A stretch of 63,658 bases of DNA, counting the filler, from Olpidium bornovanus S191 (Eukaryota; Fungi; Olpidiomycota), in NCBI GenBank assembly GCA_017911155.1. It is 30 parts of 30 records of this genome, joined end to end, with 100 filler letters (N's around TTAATTAATTAA, not from the genome) between each part and the next. Parts side by side here need not be neighbours in the genome. Positions count along the whole stretch, not along the records: positions 61,262 to 63,658 come from JAEFCI010011421.1; 29 more parts are not named here. One strand, given 5' to 3'. Position 1 is the first letter of the stretch, and every line of letters begins with the position of its first letter. Below are positions 61,371 through 63,658 of the stretch, piece after piece. Under the pieces are notes generated by a model. That model did not search any database. It worked only from the letters and a program-made list of their open reading frames with translations, and was not told where the DNA came from. The position numbers and the translations under genes were made by a program.

Positions 61371-62703
61371 TTTGGTCCCATGTTCTTATAAACGTTCAAA
61401 ACCCTTCAGAATCCAGAACTTCCAGATCCAGACTCCAAAATCCAGAGCCAGAACCAGTCAAACAACCTCCAGATCGCGCTGTGCACAGTCTCAACGATTG
61501 GCTTGTTACAATCCTTTACCGTGCGAACACGTCGTCCGCCCATTTACCAATAGAGAAAAGAACAGGCCATTTTGACCAAATAAAAAGGCACGTGACTTCA
61601 GCAGACGTCGTGGGCTGGATTGTGCCGAGACTTAGGTTACTTGGGTAAAAGTGGAGTGTGCCGCGAATCAAATCCTGCGTTAACCGGAGACCGTGTATCT
61701 TGGATTCATTGGTCTCAATACTGGTGGCGTGCAGTGTCGGTCGCCTGGCAAATTTTGAATGCCGGCTGAAGATAGTCGTGTTTGGCGGTCGCCTGCTCTC
61801 GCGGTTAACTATGGGTGTGATGCTGGGCAACATCTGGCGGGGGGCGCAGAAAAGCGCCGAAGCGTATCGCTGAAGCCCGCAGTGCTTCTGCCCACAGGCA
61901 ACGACGAAGTGCAGGACGGCAGTGCCAAACCGCATAGCGTCAGATTCGGCAACACCTGAGCGTGCGCGCCGAGGCGGACAGGATGGAGCAAACGGAAGAA
62001 GCCGAAAAAACGCCGAATTTCAGATAATGCGAAATTACTGGGGGCGGGCGGTTGTTTGTTTTACGCCCAGCGGTGACCCCAGCAGCTGGAATTGACGGCG
62101 GCAAACGCCGCAACAAGAGATGAGGCACGGGCTGTGAAACAAAACCAATTCTCCACTCCGCTGGGGGGCGCTGGGGAGGGCCTCCCCCCACTGCCGACAT
62201 CAGCAGGCACGAGGAGAGATGGCGTCTGCGGTGTGCAGGTGGTTTCCAGATTTCCGGGTGTGCGTCCTCATTCGGCCGGCGCTGGCGGAAAGCGCCGGAG
62301 CGGGAGAGCCCCCGCGTTTTTTCGCCCTGGCTCTCTCGCTCCCCAAAGACGAACGCCCCGCTTCCCCGGCGCGCCCCGCCTCTTCTCTCCCGTTTTCCTC
62401 CCTTTGCCGCCCTGAGCAGCAGCCGCGCGCGACACGCGCCGCCTAATCTCTCTCTCTCTCTCTTTCCAAGACCGTTGCACCTGCACACGAAAGAGGGGCG
62501 AGGGCGAGGACGCGGCAGAGAAAGCAAGCCGGCGCCGCGTGTTGAGACCGGCGCCGGTTCCACGGACAAACAAAAAAAAAGGACCGCGGACTCCCCACCG
62601 TGGGCGCGTATACCTGGCCGGCGCCGAGGGCTCGACGTGGTGTGCCACGAAACAAACGGCGCCGCGGACTTAGCGGGAGCCTGGCGGAGCAGAGAGCGGC
62701 ACC

Positions 62704-63658
62704 ATGTTCCTGTACAACCTCACACTCAGCCCGCCGGCTGTCATCAACAATGCCGTCCTCGGAAACTTTTCCGGCACGAAGGTGCAGGAGCTCGTCGTTT
62801 CCCACGGTTCGCGCATAGAGCTCCTGCGGCCGGACCCGAACACCGGTACCGTGCACTCCGTGCTTTCCCACGAAGTCTTCGGTCAGATAAGGTCGCTGGC
62901 CCCCTTCAGGCTTACCGGAGGCTCCAAAGGTGAGGAACACCTCGATTGCAGCGCCGAAAACGTGCGTTGGTGTGCTTGTCTTGGCTTTCGCCGTGGTGCG
63001 GCGCACCCTCCGGGGCGGACCTGCGTAAAGTGCTTGCGCAGGGAAGGGCCGGAATGATAGCTTGGCCAAGCGTTGAAGTCGGCCTGGACGGTTAGCCTGT
63101 GGAATCATTCTGTACACCGGGTTGTCCAAATGCCGCTCACTTCTATCTTATTGTTGCTTGGCAGACTACATTATTATCGGCTCGGACTCTGGAAGAATAG
63201 TCATTTTGGAGTACAACCCAACCAAAAATGTGCTGGAGAAGGTGCATCAAGAAACGTACGGAAAGTCTGGAGTCCGTAGAGTGGTGCCGGGCCAGTATCT
63301 CGCCGTCGATCCGAAGGGGAGGGCCGTTATGTTAGGTGGGATTTTGTCCGCCCCGTTTTATTACCGCTGGATTGAGGACTGCTGATGGACAGTTCGCGAA
63401 TACGAAATCCGAAACAGCTGCTGTCGAGAAGCAGAAACTTGTTTATATTCTCAACCGGGATGCACTGAATCCCCTCACCATATCGTCACCGCTGGAAGCA
63501 CATAGATCACACACGATCTGTTTCTCCTGCGTTGGTTTGGACGTCGGGTTCGAAAACCCCGTGTTCGCGTGTTTGGAGATGGAGTACAACGATGAAATTG
63601 AGGCGGATGAGGATGAGGAAGGCCTTGCGGGAGAGAAAGTGTGTCCAGAAGAACCATG
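62704..63658 (+). CDS. RSE1: U2 snRNP splicing factor SF3B3/Rse1, N-terminal exons (3' truncated)
   Basis: [29 protein letters not shown]...[14 protein letters not shown]|[17 protein letters not shown]...[30 protein letters not shown]|[15 protein letters not shown]...ISSPLEAH...[13 protein letters not shown]. Introns 62930-63164 and 63336-63417. Confidence 0.98.

Overview
This is not one locus. The window is 30 short contigs (about 1.0-4.6 kb) joined by 29 artificial 100-nt spacers (44 N + TTAATTAATTAA + 44 N), so gene order across spacers has no biological meaning. The DNA is a GC-rich, homopolymer-rich, intron-containing eukaryotic nuclear genome, most likely fungal; an early-diverging lineage is plausible but is inference only. 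Recognisable genes, mostly partial: SAC-domain phosphatase, GPD1, AZUL-type HECT E3 ligase, DGAT1, a diaphanous-type formin, a MEF2-like MADS factor, SPT16, ATP15, a VPS64/SLMAP-like FHA protein, TOP2, an MTC6-like exon, a cAMP-receptor-like/Git3-type GPCR, RPS22, RSE1/SF3B3 and tRNA-Arg(TCG). There are also several LTR-retrotransposon pieces: a solo LTR with a perfect 5-bp TSD plus a second partial copy, a copia 5' end with a half-tRNAiMet primer site, a copia RNase H-PPT-LTR end, two gypsy gag relics and a gypsy pol relic. I found no convincing new multi-gene system. The best leads are a nested palindromic mini-element beside a gag relic, a decayed duplicate of the GPCR last exon, a possible myristoylated long GPD1 isoform, a four-exon orphan mitochondrial hydrophilic protein, frequent AAG and AG|GT splice junctions, and strong CATG enrichment at contig ends (probably technical). 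All family calls come from recognising motifs by eye; no database search was run.
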